From Candidatus Nealsonbacteria bacterium (lineage in GTDB: Bacteria; Patescibacteriota; Minisyncoccia; Minisyncoccales; JANBVM01), in the NCBI GenBank assembly GCA_026016225.1, contig CP061210.1:450000-513999 (forward strand): a DNA stretch of 64,000 bases. The letters are read 5' to 3'. This document shows, one piece after another, positions 51,760 through 60,873 of this stretch (positions are counted from its first letter, which is position 1; each line of letters begins with the position of its first letter). The position numbers were made by a program, and so were the translations under genes. Below the pieces are notes generated by a model. It was not told the DNA's origin. It did no database searches and worked only from the letters and a program-made list of their open reading frames with translations.

Positions 51760-52914
51760 TCACTGTTTTAAGAAGTAAATTATTTGTAAAATGAAACCTG
51801 CAACAAAAATTAAAATTAAGGGCAGGGTTAAAAGCCATGTTTTTTTACCCTTACTTCCTTCGGTTTTTCTCAGAACAAGTTTTTGGTACATTAATAAAAT
51901 TAAAATTCCTTCAACACCGAGCATAACTCCCCCAGCTATACTTATTACCGTAATAAAACTTTTAAGACCGAGCAGAAAGAGAATTAAGGGAGGAAAACAA
52001 GTAAGTGCCCAGGCTAAATTCTTTCCTATCTTTAAATCATACCAAAAAACGCGTTTTAAAGTAAGTCCCAAGGTAATAAAAGAAGTAAAAGTTGTTAAAA
52101 GACCAAATAAAAGAGTTAAATTAACCAATCTTCCACCCAGGTAATTAGACAATCCTGTTAATGCAGATTCTGTTGTTTCCGGCCCTGTAATCCCTAAAAC
52201 TAAATAAATAAAGAATATGTAGATTATTATCGGTATAAAGGTAGCAACAGGAATTATTTTTTGAAGTAAATTCTTATCTTTTCCTAACATTTCTTCCACT
52301 TCCGGAATTAAGACCGCTCCCCAAAGTGAAAAAAGAACTGCTCCATAGGGCAAGAAAAAAGTTAAAATATCAAGATTAGCCGGGGGTAGAAAAAACTGTT
52401 CTATTCTAATAATAGGATAGGCACGAATAAAAATAATGATTAAAACAGCAAAAAAGAGAATTAGTCCCCAAACCTCTATTTGAGCTATAATTTTAATTCC
52501 AAGGAAGATAAGAATAGCTCCTGTAATAAAATAAAGCAGAGTATAAAAAACATTTCCTTCAATATTGAGGATTGGAGAAAGTAAACTTTCTAAAAAACTA
52601 CCGCCTACGATTAAATAAGCTAAAATTGCACCAAATGCTCCTAAAACCGCACAAATAAAAGCTATTCTTTCACCCCACTTACCTAAATGGAATTTTGCAA
52701 AACCGGGCAGTCTCTTAAAATCAGGAGTGGCAATAGCCAGTTTTCCAAAGAGTGAATGAATTATGGTAACTATTATTCCCAGAACTAAAAAATAGCCAAG
52801 CATTACCCAAAAGCCAACTTTTGAAGCTATATAAGGTAAAGAAAAAAGACCTACTCCTATGGTGGTACCAGAAAGAGTAGCTATTGAATAAATAATTTTT
52901 TTCAGTTTGGACAT
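51760..52914 (-). CDS. Amino-acid-transporter-like polytopic membrane protein
   Basis: 384 aa, ~11 TM helices. The N-terminal GTTIGVGLFSLPY motif resembles the aromatic/hydroxy amino acid permease family. Confidence 0.5.
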   Translation of the reverse strand: MSKLKKIIYSIATLSGTTIGVGLFSLPYIASKVGFWVMLGYFLVLGIIVTIIHSLFGKLAIATPDFKRLPGFAKFHLGKWGERIAFICAVLGAFGAILAYLIVGGSFLESLLSPILNIEGNVFYTLLYFITGAILIFLGIKIIAQIEVWGLILFFAVLIIIFIRAYPIIRIEQFFLPPANLDILTFFLPYGAVLFSLWGAVLIPEVEEMLGKDKNLLQKIIPVATFIPIIIYIFFIYLVLGITGPETTESALTGLSNYLGGRLVNLTLLFGLLTTFTSFITLGLTLKRVFWYDLKIGKNLAWALTCFPPLILFLLGLKSFITVISIAGGVMLGVEGILILLMYQKLVLRKTEGSKGKKTWLLTLPLILIFVAGFILQIIYFLKQ

Positions 52915-52920
52915 AATACT

Positions 52921-55566
52921 TCAGAGCTCTGTTTGATGCCTAACAATAAAATACCATTTGGTAGCTTCAATTAAAGTTATTTCAATCAACCCTAAGGATA
53001 TTATGATTGTCCAATCTTGAAGATTAAGAGGAACGGTTTTTAAAAGCGTTTGAAATAAAGGGAGGTAGATAGCCATGACAAGCACTAAAACTCCAATTAT
53101 TAAAGCTGCAATCAAAAGTTTATTTGAAAAGGGATTAATATGCCATAGATTGCGCCTTAGACTCTTGCAGGAAAAAACATAAAAAAGAGAATCAATAGAT
53201 AAGCAAGCGAAAATCATTGTTCTAATATGAACAATATTATGGTCTTTATGGAAAAGCCAAAAGAATAATCCCAAAAGTATTAAATCTGTAATCAGTCCGA
53301 TGATAAAAATTATTACCTTCATTTCTTGGGTCAGAAGATGAATCTTATGGGCTGCAGGCTTCATTTTCATTAAATCCTTTTCTTTCGGTTCAAAAGCTAA
53401 GGCAATATCTGGTAATCCGTCTTCAATTAAATTTACCCATAAAATTTGGATAGCTGTAATTGGTAAAGGAAATCCAGCTAAAATACTTACACTGATTAAG
53501 ATTACTTCTGTAAAGCTATCTGAAAGTAAATAAGTTATAACCTTTCTGATGTTGTCCAAGATTGCTCTACCTTCTTCAACTGCTTTAACAATTATTGAAA
53601 AGCTATCATTTAATAAAATTAAGTCAGAAGTTTCTTTAGCTACCTCGGTTCCAGAACCTAAAGCCACCCCAATATCAGCTTTTTTTAAAGCCGGAGCGTC
53701 GTTTATTCCATCGCCTGTCATAGCTACCACCTCTCCTCTTTTTTGCCAGGCTTCAATAATTCTTGTTTTGTGTTTTGGTTCAACCCTGGCATAGATTTTG
53801 ATTTTTTCTAATATCTTTTCAAAATCTTTATCGGAAAGTTTATCTAATTCTTTTCCCTCTAAAATATTTTCTTTTGCTATTTTAAAACCAATTTCTTTAG
53901 CCACAGATTCTGCTGTTAATTTATGGTCACCAGTAGCAATAATTGTTCTCATCCCTGCCTGGCGGCAGATTCTTATGGCTTCCTTGACTTCTTTTCTTAT
54001 AGGGTCTTTTAGGGTGATAAAACCTGCAAATAATAGATTGTTAATTTGGTCTTCTAATTTTTGAGTTGTTAGTTTTGAACCTTGAACTTTTTTGTATCCT
54101 GTTCCGACCACTCTCAATCCGGCTCTTGCTAATTTTCTTAGTTCTGATTGGAACATTTTCAGAGTTTCAGGACTAAGAGGAAGAATATCATCTTTTAATT
54201 GGTAAAAATTACAACGTTCTAAGATTCGTTCTGGAGCTCCGCAAACATAGAGAAAATGTTTTTCATTTTCTTCAAATACCGTCGCAATAAATTTATTTAT
54301 TGGATTGAAAGGAAGTTCAGCAATTTTTTTCTTTTCAAATTCCTTTTTCTGATTAAACCCTGCTTCAATTCCAGCTTCCAAGAGAGCTTTATCTGTAGGT
54401 CTTCCTCTTAAAATCCATTCTTCTCTGGGAGATTCTGGATTTTCAATAAAAGCCTCTGAAGTTAAGGCAGCAATTTTAAGAGTCAAGAACTCTGCTTTTT
54501 CATTAGGTTTTTTTTCCAAAATTTGACCGGGAGTTATTATCCTGTTTACTTTCATTTTTCCCTCGGTTAAGGTGGCTGTCTTATCCGTACAAATTATAGA
54601 GGTACTTCCAAGGGTCTCTGCCGAAGATAATTTTCTAACCAATCCACCTTTTTTCAAAATCCTCTGCATTCCAAGAGCTAAAATTACAGTCATTGCTACA
54701 GGTAGTCCTTCGGGAATGGCAGCTACAGCTACAGCTACTGCAATAATAAACATTTCTATAAATTCTCCCCCTGTTATTATTCCCTCAATAAAAATTCCAA
54801 AACATACTATTCCAATTATTATTCCGATAGCTCCTGAAAATCTTGCTATTTTTTTTTGATAAGGGGTTTTTTCCTCCGGAGTCTCCTTAATCATTGTGGC
54901 TATTTTTCCAATTTCGGTTTGAACTCCAGTTTCAACAACTACTGCTTTTCCTTTTCCATCTTCAACAATTGTTCCCATATAAACCATATTATCTCTGTCA
55001 GCCAGGGGCGTTTCTTTTGTTAAAACATCTGCTTTTTTTTCTGCCGATAACCATTCTCCCGTTAAAGTCATTTCATTTGTCTTAAGATTATGACTTTCTA
55101 TTATTCTCCCGTCAGCAGGGACCTTGTCTCCTGGATTTAAGATAATAATATCGCCGGGAACTAATTCGCTTGAATCAATAATTTTTAAATTTCCTTCCCT
55201 TAAAACTTCGGCTGTATATTTTACTAGCTTTTTTAGTTCTTTTAGGGTTTTGGATGCTTTATTTTCTTGAATATATCCTACAACAGTATTTAAAAAAACA
55301 GCGCCAAAAATCACAATGGCGTCTGTAAATTCTTTTAGAACTAAAGTAATAATTCCTGCAATCAACAAAATATAAATTAAAGGGCTTTTAAATTGTTCTA
55401 AAAATATCCTTAATCTTGAAAGAGGTTTTTCTTTGGGAAGTTCATTTTTACCAAATTCTTTGAGAGACAGTTTTACTTCTTTTTCACTTAAACCTTTTTC
55501 AATATTGGTTCTTAAAATTCTTTCTACTTCCTCTATTTCCAAATTGTGCCAAAAAAACTTAGCCAT
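52921..55566 (-). CDS. P-type ATPase, type IIA/IIB Ca2+-transporting-like
   Basis: TGEW (TGES-like), ICTDKTATLT (phosphorylation motif with Gly to Ala), TGDHKLTA, MTGDGINDAPALKKADIG. 881 aa. Confidence 0.9.
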   Translation of the reverse strand: MAKFFWHNLEIEEVERILRTNIEKGLSEKEVKLSLKEFGKNELPKEKPLSRLRIFLEQFKSPLIYILLIAGIITLVLKEFTDAIVIFGAVFLNTVVGYIQENKASKTLKELKKLVKYTAEVLREGNLKIIDSSELVPGDIIILNPGDKVPADGRIIESHNLKTNEMTLTGEWLSAEKKADVLTKETPLADRDNMVYMGTIVEDGKGKAVVVETGVQTEIGKIATMIKETPEEKTPYQKKIARFSGAIGIIIGIVCFGIFIEGIITGGEFIEMFIIAVAVAVAAIPEGLPVAMTVILALGMQRILKKGGLVRKLSSAETLGSTSIICTDKTATLTEGKMKVNRIITPGQILEKKPNEKAEFLTLKIAALTSEAFIENPESPREEWILRGRPTDKALLEAGIEAGFNQKKEFEKKKIAELPFNPINKFIATVFEENEKHFLYVCGAPERILERCNFYQLKDDILPLSPETLKMFQSELRKLARAGLRVVGTGYKKVQGSKLTTQKLEDQINNLLFAGFITLKDPIRKEVKEAIRICRQAGMRTIIATGDHKLTAESVAKEIGFKIAKENILEGKELDKLSDKDFEKILEKIKIYARVEPKHKTRIIEAWQKRGEVVAMTGDGINDAPALKKADIGVALGSGTEVAKETSDLILLNDSFSIIVKAVEEGRAILDNIRKVITYLLSDSFTEVILISVSILAGFPLPITAIQILWVNLIEDGLPDIALAFEPKEKDLMKMKPAAHKIHLLTQEMKVIIFIIGLITDLILLGLFFWLFHKDHNIVHIRTMIFACLSIDSLFYVFSCKSLRRNLWHINPFSNKLLIAALIIGVLVLVMAIYLPLFQTLLKTVPLNLQDWTIIISLGLIEITLIEATKWYFIVRHQTEL

Positions 55567-55589
55567 TATATTATTTTATCTCAAAACAG

Positions 55590-55616
55590 AAATAAAAAGA
55601 AGAGACATGTCTCTCT
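55590..55616 (-). terminator. Candidate terminator upstream of the ATPase gene
   Basis: Minus strand: AGAGACATGTCTCT palindrome followed by TCTTTTTATTT. Confidence 0.4.
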
Positions 55617-55775
55617 TTAAACGAACTTTTTCAAAACAAAAAAAGGAGATAAAAGTTTAAAGAAAAAAAATGAATTTAATTATTATTTATAAATAAGGGA
55701 GGAAAGGTTCTTGTTCTACTTCTTACCTCTTTGAGGGAGACATAATTACCCTTTTAAGGAGCGTACACTCCAACC

Positions 55776-55994
55776 TTACCTTAGTTTTTTTCTCAGAGAG
55801 CTAATCTCTTCTCCGCATACTTCTGTTATTAGAATCTTTGCGAACTCCGAAAGTTCAGTTAGAGGAATGCCAGTTTCTTGACTGATATTGCCCAAATCTC
55901 TCTTAATATTACTTATCTCACCAATATGCATCCGTTTTTTGACATCCCTTTTAGTTAACTCCCAGGCTATTTCTCCTTTTCTCTTCTCGTCCAT
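55776..55994 (-). CDS. Hypothetical small protein (72 aa)
   Basis: Strong SD, AAAGGAGGTGA, 7 nt upstream of the ATG. Confidence 0.5.
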   Translation of the reverse strand: MDEKRKGEIAWELTKRDVKKRMHIGEISNIKRDLGNISQETGIPLTELSEFAKILITEVCGEEISSLRKKLR

Positions 55995-56136
55995 TTTTTT
56001 TCACCTCCTTTTTATTATTTTTATATATTATAAAAGATCTTAATAAGAGCAAAACTCTTACGCTTTTATAATACAAAATTTATTAGCTTTTGTCAAGTTA
56101 ATATATTAAAAAATTAGTCTTTCAGCTAATCTTCTG

Positions 56137-56209
56137 TGGCCCCAAGGGGAGTCGAACCCCTGTTACCGGGATGAGAACCCGACGTCCTAAACCATTAGAC
56201 GATGGGGCC
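56137..56209 (-). tRNA. tRNA-Glu (anticodon CUC)
   Basis: Minus strand: GGCCCCATCGTCTAATGGTTTAGGACGTCGGGTTCTCATCCCGGTAACAGGGGTTCGACTCCCCTTGGGGCCA. Manual cloverleaf has anticodon loop TTCTCAT. Confidence 0.85.
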
Positions 56210-56294
56210 AGTGGCAGTACGAATTAAACTAAATTTTATATTTTTAATATTATACTCAAAAAATTAAAAAAAAGCAACCTATCATTCCCAACAA

Positions 56295-57953
56295 CTATTC
56301 CTCATAATCAGGTGGAATTTGATACTGATGAATAATATATTCTGCTAATTCTTTGAATATCGGTACAGTTGAATATTCAGCTGTTTTTGTTTCGGGGTTA
56401 TCTAATTTTACTAAAATTAGAAACTGAGGATCAAAAGCTGGAGCGAAACCAATGAAGGTTTGAATGGTTTTTTCAGAGTAACCTTCTTTCTCAATTCCTA
56501 AAGCACCGAAAGAAACCTGGGCTGTTCCCGTTTTACCGGCAATGAAATAACCCGGAACCTGAGCTTGTTTTGCAAAACCATTTTCAACAACGCTTACCAG
56601 CATAGCGGTTAATTGATAAGCTATCCTGGAGGAAATAATTTTTTCTTCTTCAGTTTCTATATCACTTTTTAAATTATAGTCTTTTACAATGTCATCTGGA
56701 TTTGTGATTTTTTCTACTAAATAGGGCTTTATTAATTTACCCCCATTGGCAATAACACAATAAGCCCTGACTAATTGGATTGGAGTCATTTGAATTCCTT
56801 GACCAAAGGAAGCTGTAGCAAAATTTATTTCTCTGCCCTTTTTTAATTCTTCATTTAATGAATAGGTTTCCTGGACATCAATTCCGGTGGGCTCAAAAAA
56901 ACCGAACTTTTCTGCATATTTTAAAAAAAGATTTTGTCCCAGTTCTTTTTGAACAAAAACAGCCCCGGTATTAATTGATTTTTCCAAAACATTGGTCATT
57001 GTTTGTTCTCCATGAACTTTCTGACCGTAATTATAAATAGGAGTCGGATAACCATCAATTTTTACAGACCCTTCGTCAATGTAAGTTGTTTGAGGGGAAA
57101 TTTTATTTTCTTCCAAGGCAGCGGCCATTGTTATTGCTTTAAAAACAGAACCTGGTTCAAACAGGTCTTGAGTAGCCCTATTCTTAAAAATTTCCAGATT
57201 GCCTTCTTTAGCATATTTTTCATAATGATTGGGATTAAAATTAAATAAATCTGCCATTGCCAATATTTTTCCAGAATCAGGTTCAATAACAATAATTTGT
57301 CCACCTTCAATATTAAAATTCTCTTTTGCTTTTTGTAATATTTTCTCTGCCTGGAATTGAACGTTATAATTAATGGTTAATGTTAAATCAGAACCTTTTT
57401 CTTCATCTATCAGGCTTTTTTTAGCTTCCAAAACATTATTATACGACTGTTCCAAACCGTATTGTCCTTTTCCTTCAGCTCCTAAGAAACCAGTTATCTG
57501 GGAAGCCAAAAGCTCTTTCGGATAATATCTTCCTATTTCTTTTTTCAGATAAATACCTTTTAGATTTAAATTTTTTAAACTTTCAAACTCTTCCTCATTT
57601 AGCTTTCTTTTTAATAAAGAATAAGAATTATCTTTGTCTAATTTTTCTAAAATAAAGTTTTCTTCGAGATTAAGAATTTGACTTAAAATTTGAGCGGTTT
57701 CTTCAGTATTTTCAATTTCTTTAGGGTGGGCAAAAACTAACGGCCAATCTATATTAATAGCCAAAGATTCTCCTCCTTCTAAAAAAATCTTTCCTCTATC
57801 TCCCTGGTTTTCATTAAAAGAACTATGGAGTCCTTGTGAAAGAGCCCGATAGAAACCACCTTGAAGGATTTGAATAAAAACTAAGCGACCTATGATAGTC
57901 GCTGAGATAATAAGAAAAGCAAGAAAAACAATATTAATCCTCCAGTTTTTCAT
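56295..57953 (-). CDS. ftsI: Penicillin-binding protein 2 / FtsI-type transpeptidase
   Basis: N-terminal TM helix. SVFK (SxxK), SIN (SxN) and KTGTA motifs. Confidence 0.85.
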   Translation of the reverse strand: MKNWRINIVFLAFLIISATIIGRLVFIQILQGGFYRALSQGLHSSFNENQGDRGKIFLEGGESLAINIDWPLVFAHPKEIENTEETAQILSQILNLEENFILEKLDKDNSYSLLKRKLNEEEFESLKNLNLKGIYLKKEIGRYYPKELLASQITGFLGAEGKGQYGLEQSYNNVLEAKKSLIDEEKGSDLTLTINYNVQFQAEKILQKAKENFNIEGGQIIVIEPDSGKILAMADLFNFNPNHYEKYAKEGNLEIFKNRATQDLFEPGSVFKAITMAAALEENKISPQTTYIDEGSVKIDGYPTPIYNYGQKVHGEQTMTNVLEKSINTGAVFVQKELGQNLFLKYAEKFGFFEPTGIDVQETYSLNEELKKGREINFATASFGQGIQMTPIQLVRAYCVIANGGKLIKPYLVEKITNPDDIVKDYNLKSDIETEEEKIISSRIAYQLTAMLVSVVENGFAKQAQVPGYFIAGKTGTAQVSFGALGIEKEGYSEKTIQTFIGFAPAFDPQFLILVKLDNPETKTAEYSTVPIFKELAEYIIHQYQIPPDYEE

Positions 57954-57967
57954 ATAGTGGTATTTAG

Positions 57968-58276
57968 TTATTTAGTTACAACTGAACCTTCTAAAATTTG
58001 AATATATTTTACCTGACTCTGAGTGGGTTTTACAAAATCTCTATTGGCAAGATAATTTTCAATATTCGATAAAGAACTCATTTTTGAAAAATTAATATCT
58101 AAACTTTTGTTATTTTCTAAAAGAGTTGCTAATTTTATTTTGTAATCTTCAACTAAATATATATCTTGGCTTAAGCCTCCCACTTGAAAAAGATAATAAA
58201 TCATAACAAACAGACCCGAGATTATAGTTAGAATAAAGAGAAGATTTATATTTAATAGTTTAGTTGTACTAGACAT
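57968..58276 (-). CDS. FtsL-like small bitopic cell-division protein
   Basis: 102 aa, single TM helix followed by coiled coil. Lies between mraZ and ftsI. Confidence 0.45.
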   Translation of the reverse strand: MSSTTKLLNINLLFILTIISGLFVMIYYLFQVGGLSQDIYLVEDYKIKLATLLENNKSLDINFSKMSSLSNIENYLANRDFVKPTQSQVKYIQILEGSVVTK

Positions 58277-58313
58277 AATTTTACTGAACCTTTTTTACTT
58301 TTAATAACTTAGG

Positions 58314-58745
58314 TTAAATACCAAGTTCTTCTAAACGACCTGCCATGTCTCCAATTTCTTTTTCGGTTTTTTGTCTGTAATCCTTCCAAGTTTTCTCATC
58401 CCAGATTTCTATTTTATTAGAAAGACCTATGATAACAACATCTTTTTTTAAGCCAGCATATTTTTTTAAATAATCAGGGATTAAAATTCTTCCCAGTTTA
58501 TCGAGGTTTACATCTACTGCTCCAGACAGTATTATTCTTGAAAATCCCCTGGCATCTATTTTACTGCTGGGTAGATTTTCTAATTTTTCACTTACTTTTT
58601 GCCATTCATTAATTGGATAGACAACTAAACAATTATCTAATCCTCTAGTAATAACCGCCTTTTTCCCAAGACTTTTGCGAAACTTCGAAGGTATAGATAA
58701 TCTTTTTTTATGGTCAATTATATATGAGTATTCACCAATAAACAT
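58314..58745 (-). CDS. mraZ: Transcriptional regulator MraZ
   Basis: MFIGEY...DHKKRLSIPSKFR and a second GRILIPDYL SpoVT/AbrB repeat. Confidence 0.9.
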   Translation of the reverse strand: MFIGEYSYIIDHKKRLSIPSKFRKSLGKKAVITRGLDNCLVVYPINEWQKVSEKLENLPSSKIDARGFSRIILSGAVDVNLDKLGRILIPDYLKKYAGLKKDVVIIGLSNKIEIWDEKTWKDYRQKTEKEIGDMAGRLEELGI

Positions 58746-58755
58746 ATTAATTTAA

Positions 58756-58806
58756 TTATCCACAGTTTTAGTCTCTTATTAACATATTTATCCACAATTC
58801 CCCACC
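58756..58806 (-). promoter_or_regulatory. Candidate MraZ operator: GTGGGG / GTGGAT / GTGGAT direct repeats upstream of mraZ
   Basis: Minus strand: GGTGGGGAATTGTGGATAAATATGTTAATAAGAGACTAAAACTGTGGATAA. The first two boxes are 10 nt apart and the third is 32 nt further. A fourth TGTGGAT lies at 58898..58906. Confidence 0.45.
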
Positions 58807-58913
58807 TACATTCACTTTATCTCACTTTATATATTATAGTCAACCTATAATAAAAATATACTCAAATTGAATATAAAAATACAACTTTATACACAGGAAA
58901 TCCACAGTATATC

Positions 58914-58986
58914 AAAAAACCCAAGAGAAAAACTCTCGGGATAGTGATTTATCCTGAGCTTTCGGAATTAGAACTTTAGACTGGAG
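58914..58986 (-). repeat. S-type intergenic repeat (divergent)
   Basis: Minus strand: AAAGTTCTAATTCCGAAAGCTCAGGATAAATCACTATCCCGAGAGTTTTTCTCTTGGGTTTTTT. Confidence 0.55.
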
Positions 58987-59001
58987 AAATGCTTAATTAT
59001 T

Positions 59002-59030
59002 AAAAGAGGCGCCAATATTTGGCGCCTCTT
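59002..59030. terminator. GC-rich hairpin terminator
   Basis: aagaggcgccaatatttggcgcctctt. Confidence 0.6.
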
Positions 59031-59043
59031 ACATATTCTTCTT

Positions 59044-59157
59044 TTACCACTCCTCTCCTTCCTCTTCTTCCTCTTTTTCTGATTCTTCCTTTTCTTCTTC
59101 CTTTTCCTCTTCTTCTGGGTCGTAATCTTCTTGTAGTTTGAATTTTCTCAGAAGCAT
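59044..59157 (-). CDS. Possible 37-aa highly acidic micro-protein
   Basis: Manual translation: MLLRKFKLQEDYDPEEEEKEEEKEESEKEEEEEGEEW*. The hairpin at 59002..59030 follows immediately. Below the ORF-track length cutoff. Confidence 0.25.
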   Translation of the reverse strand: MLLRKFKLQEDYDPEEEEKEEEKEESEKEEEEEGEEW

Positions 59158-59356
59158 TATTTTCAGGAACTTCTTAATGCTTTTAAGAAAATCTAAAGAT
59201 TTTCTGTTATTGCATTATTGAAGCTTATATTTTGCGAAAGTTCAACGGGAGACCAACCCCGTAAAAACCATTCTAAGAAAATTGTATGCTAACCAGAATC
59301 CTTGTCAATTGTGAATAACTTATAAGTATTTATCTAACTTCTCTTGTAGAAAAATA

Positions 59357-59665
59357 TTAAAACCTTCTTTTATCAAATCCTTTGCGATTACCAGAGAATT
59401 TTCTGAAAGGTTTCTCTTCCCTCGGCTTGGCTTCATTCACTATGATGTTCCTTCCGTCTAATTCTTTTCCATTAAACATTTCTATCGCTTTTTTTGCTTC
59501 TTTTTCTGAAGACATCTCCACGAATGCAAATCCCTTTGATCTGCCAGAGAATTTATCCATCACAATAGAAACAGAATCTACTGTTCCAGCCTTGGAAAAC
59601 AAATCTTTTAAAGTGTCTTCAGTTGTGTTAAAAGAAAGACTTCCTACGTAAACTTTATTTGTCAT
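59357..59665 (-). CDS. RRM-type RNA-binding protein
   Basis: VYVGSLSF (RNP2) and KGFAFVEM (RNP1). Gly/Arg-rich tail. Confidence 0.9.
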   Translation of the reverse strand: MTNKVYVGSLSFNTTEDTLKDLFSKAGTVDSVSIVMDKFSGRSKGFAFVEMSSEKEAKKAIEMFNGKELDGRNIIVNEAKPREEKPFRKFSGNRKGFDKRRF

Positions 59666-59782
59666 CTTTTTTTAGAAATTTATTAAACTTACCGACCTAC
59701 TTCTAAGCTCTCACAGATAAAAAATTTAACGTAAGATTTAGATAGTACGACATTTCTCTTTGTAAAAAGGAAAGTAATTTTA

Positions 59783-59810
59783 AGTATACATTTAACATTT
59801 ATTTTGTCAA
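59783..59810 (-). promoter_or_regulatory. Sigma70-type promoter of the RRM gene (TTGACA-16 nt-TATACT), giving a ~110-nt 5'UTR
   Basis: Minus strand: TTGACAaaataaatgttaaatgTATACT. Confidence 0.5.
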
Positions 59811-59825
59811 ATTAAATAATCAACT

Positions 59826-59860
59826 TCTCCGAGGAAGGGACTATGTTAGAATCTATTTGG
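59826..59860 (-). repeat. S-type core abutting the stop of 59862..60083
   Basis: Minus strand: CCAAATAGATTCTAACATAGTCCCTTCCTCGGAGAAG. Confidence 0.55.
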
Positions 59861-59861
59861 T

Positions 59862-60083
59862 TTAAAGTTCTTCTTTTTGAAATTTCTCTTCCTGGGTTTT
59901 ATCTAACTTTCTAATGAGTTTTATTAACTCAGCAACATGTTCTTTTTCGTCATCTCTAATATGACCTAAAACCTTTTTCACTTCTTCATTGTCAATTTCG
60001 TCTATATGTTCTTGATATTGATTGATAGCCCCTAATTCTCCTATTAAATCTTCTCTTAAATTTTTTAAATCTTTGTTATCCAT
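59862..60083 (-). CDS. Small ferritin-like four-helix protein (encapsulated-ferritin/rubrerythrin-like)
   Basis: ELGAINQYQEH...DDEKEHVAELIKLI (ExxH-type di-iron ligand pattern). 73 aa. Confidence 0.45.
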   Translation of the reverse strand: MDNKDLKNLREDLIGELGAINQYQEHIDEIDNEEVKKVLGHIRDDEKEHVAELIKLIRKLDKTQEEKFQKEEL

Positions 60084-60107
60084 AACCTTTAATATTATTT
60101 ACTTAAG

Positions 60108-60794
60108 TTAAGATTTAAAATCAGTTATATTCTTGAAACTGCATGTACACGGTGCGTTTTTACACACATGACAATTATTAGAGAACATTACAGAAAGCTC
60201 TTTTGCCATACTCATTCCTAATGAGTTGAAAGCACTCATTATACAAGAGAAAAAATCAGCAGCTTCTAATTCAAGAGTTTTAAAATCTTCATCTGTATGT
60301 TCTCCACGATAAGTTAATAATGCTTCTGAAAACTCACCTGCTTCCTCCGCCAAATGAATACCTGCATGCTCTATGGTTCGTCTTTCAGCTGGATATATCT
60401 TATTAAACATATCTTGAAATTCTTCAAGCGTTCTTGGTCGCTTACTTTCATCTACAGAGACATTTTGTCTTTTCTCTATCTTTTTTTCCTTACAGAAACA
60501 TGGACACGAACCACAATAAGAGCACAGATAGGGAAATCTCTTCCATATTTGACTTTCTATATCAATATGAAGCTGATTCATTATAGACATAAACCAGCTA
60601 AAAGCTATTAATAAATTAATTTTTGTCTTTTCTTTATTGTTTTTTCTAATACCTTTAAGTCCCCTCATCATAAAACGCTCCATATTACTAATCATATCCC
60701 ACAAACTAAAATATCTATCATTAGATAAGCCATATACCTTTTTTACGAAACTCTGATATTCTTTTATTGTTGTATTTTGTTTAACTGAAGCCAT
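60108..60794 (-). CDS. MazG-like NTP pyrophosphohydrolase domain protein with two Cys clusters
   Basis: HLAEEAGEFSEAL and LELEAADFFSCIMSAF helices. CSYCGSCPCFC and CHVCKNAPCTC clusters. Confidence 0.5.
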   Translation of the reverse strand: MASVKQNTTIKEYQSFVKKVYGLSNDRYFSLWDMISNMERFMMRGLKGIRKNNKEKTKINLLIAFSWFMSIMNQLHIDIESQIWKRFPYLCSYCGSCPCFCKEKKIEKRQNVSVDESKRPRTLEEFQDMFNKIYPAERRTIEHAGIHLAEEAGEFSEALLTYRGEHTDEDFKTLELEAADFFSCIMSAFNSLGMSMAKELSVMFSNNCHVCKNAPCTCSFKNITDFKS

Positions 60795-60802
60795 ATTATC
60801 CC

Positions 60803-60811
60803 ATTATACCA
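60803..60811 (-). promoter_or_regulatory. Extended -10 box TGGTATAAT, 8 nt from the ATG (leaderless-type)
   Basis: Minus strand: CTCGGTTTTTTGGTATAATgggataatATG. Confidence 0.5.
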
Positions 60812-60873
60812 AAAAACCGAGCTAAATGCTCGGGCTACAAAAATTCCGAGGGGCGGACGATGTTAGAACCTGT
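60811..60873 (-). repeat. S-type intergenic repeat starting immediately after a stop codon
   Basis: Minus strand: (TAA)ACAGGTTCTAACATCGTCCGCCCCTCGGAATTTTTGTAGCCCGAGCATTTAGCTCGGTTTTTT. Confidence 0.8.
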
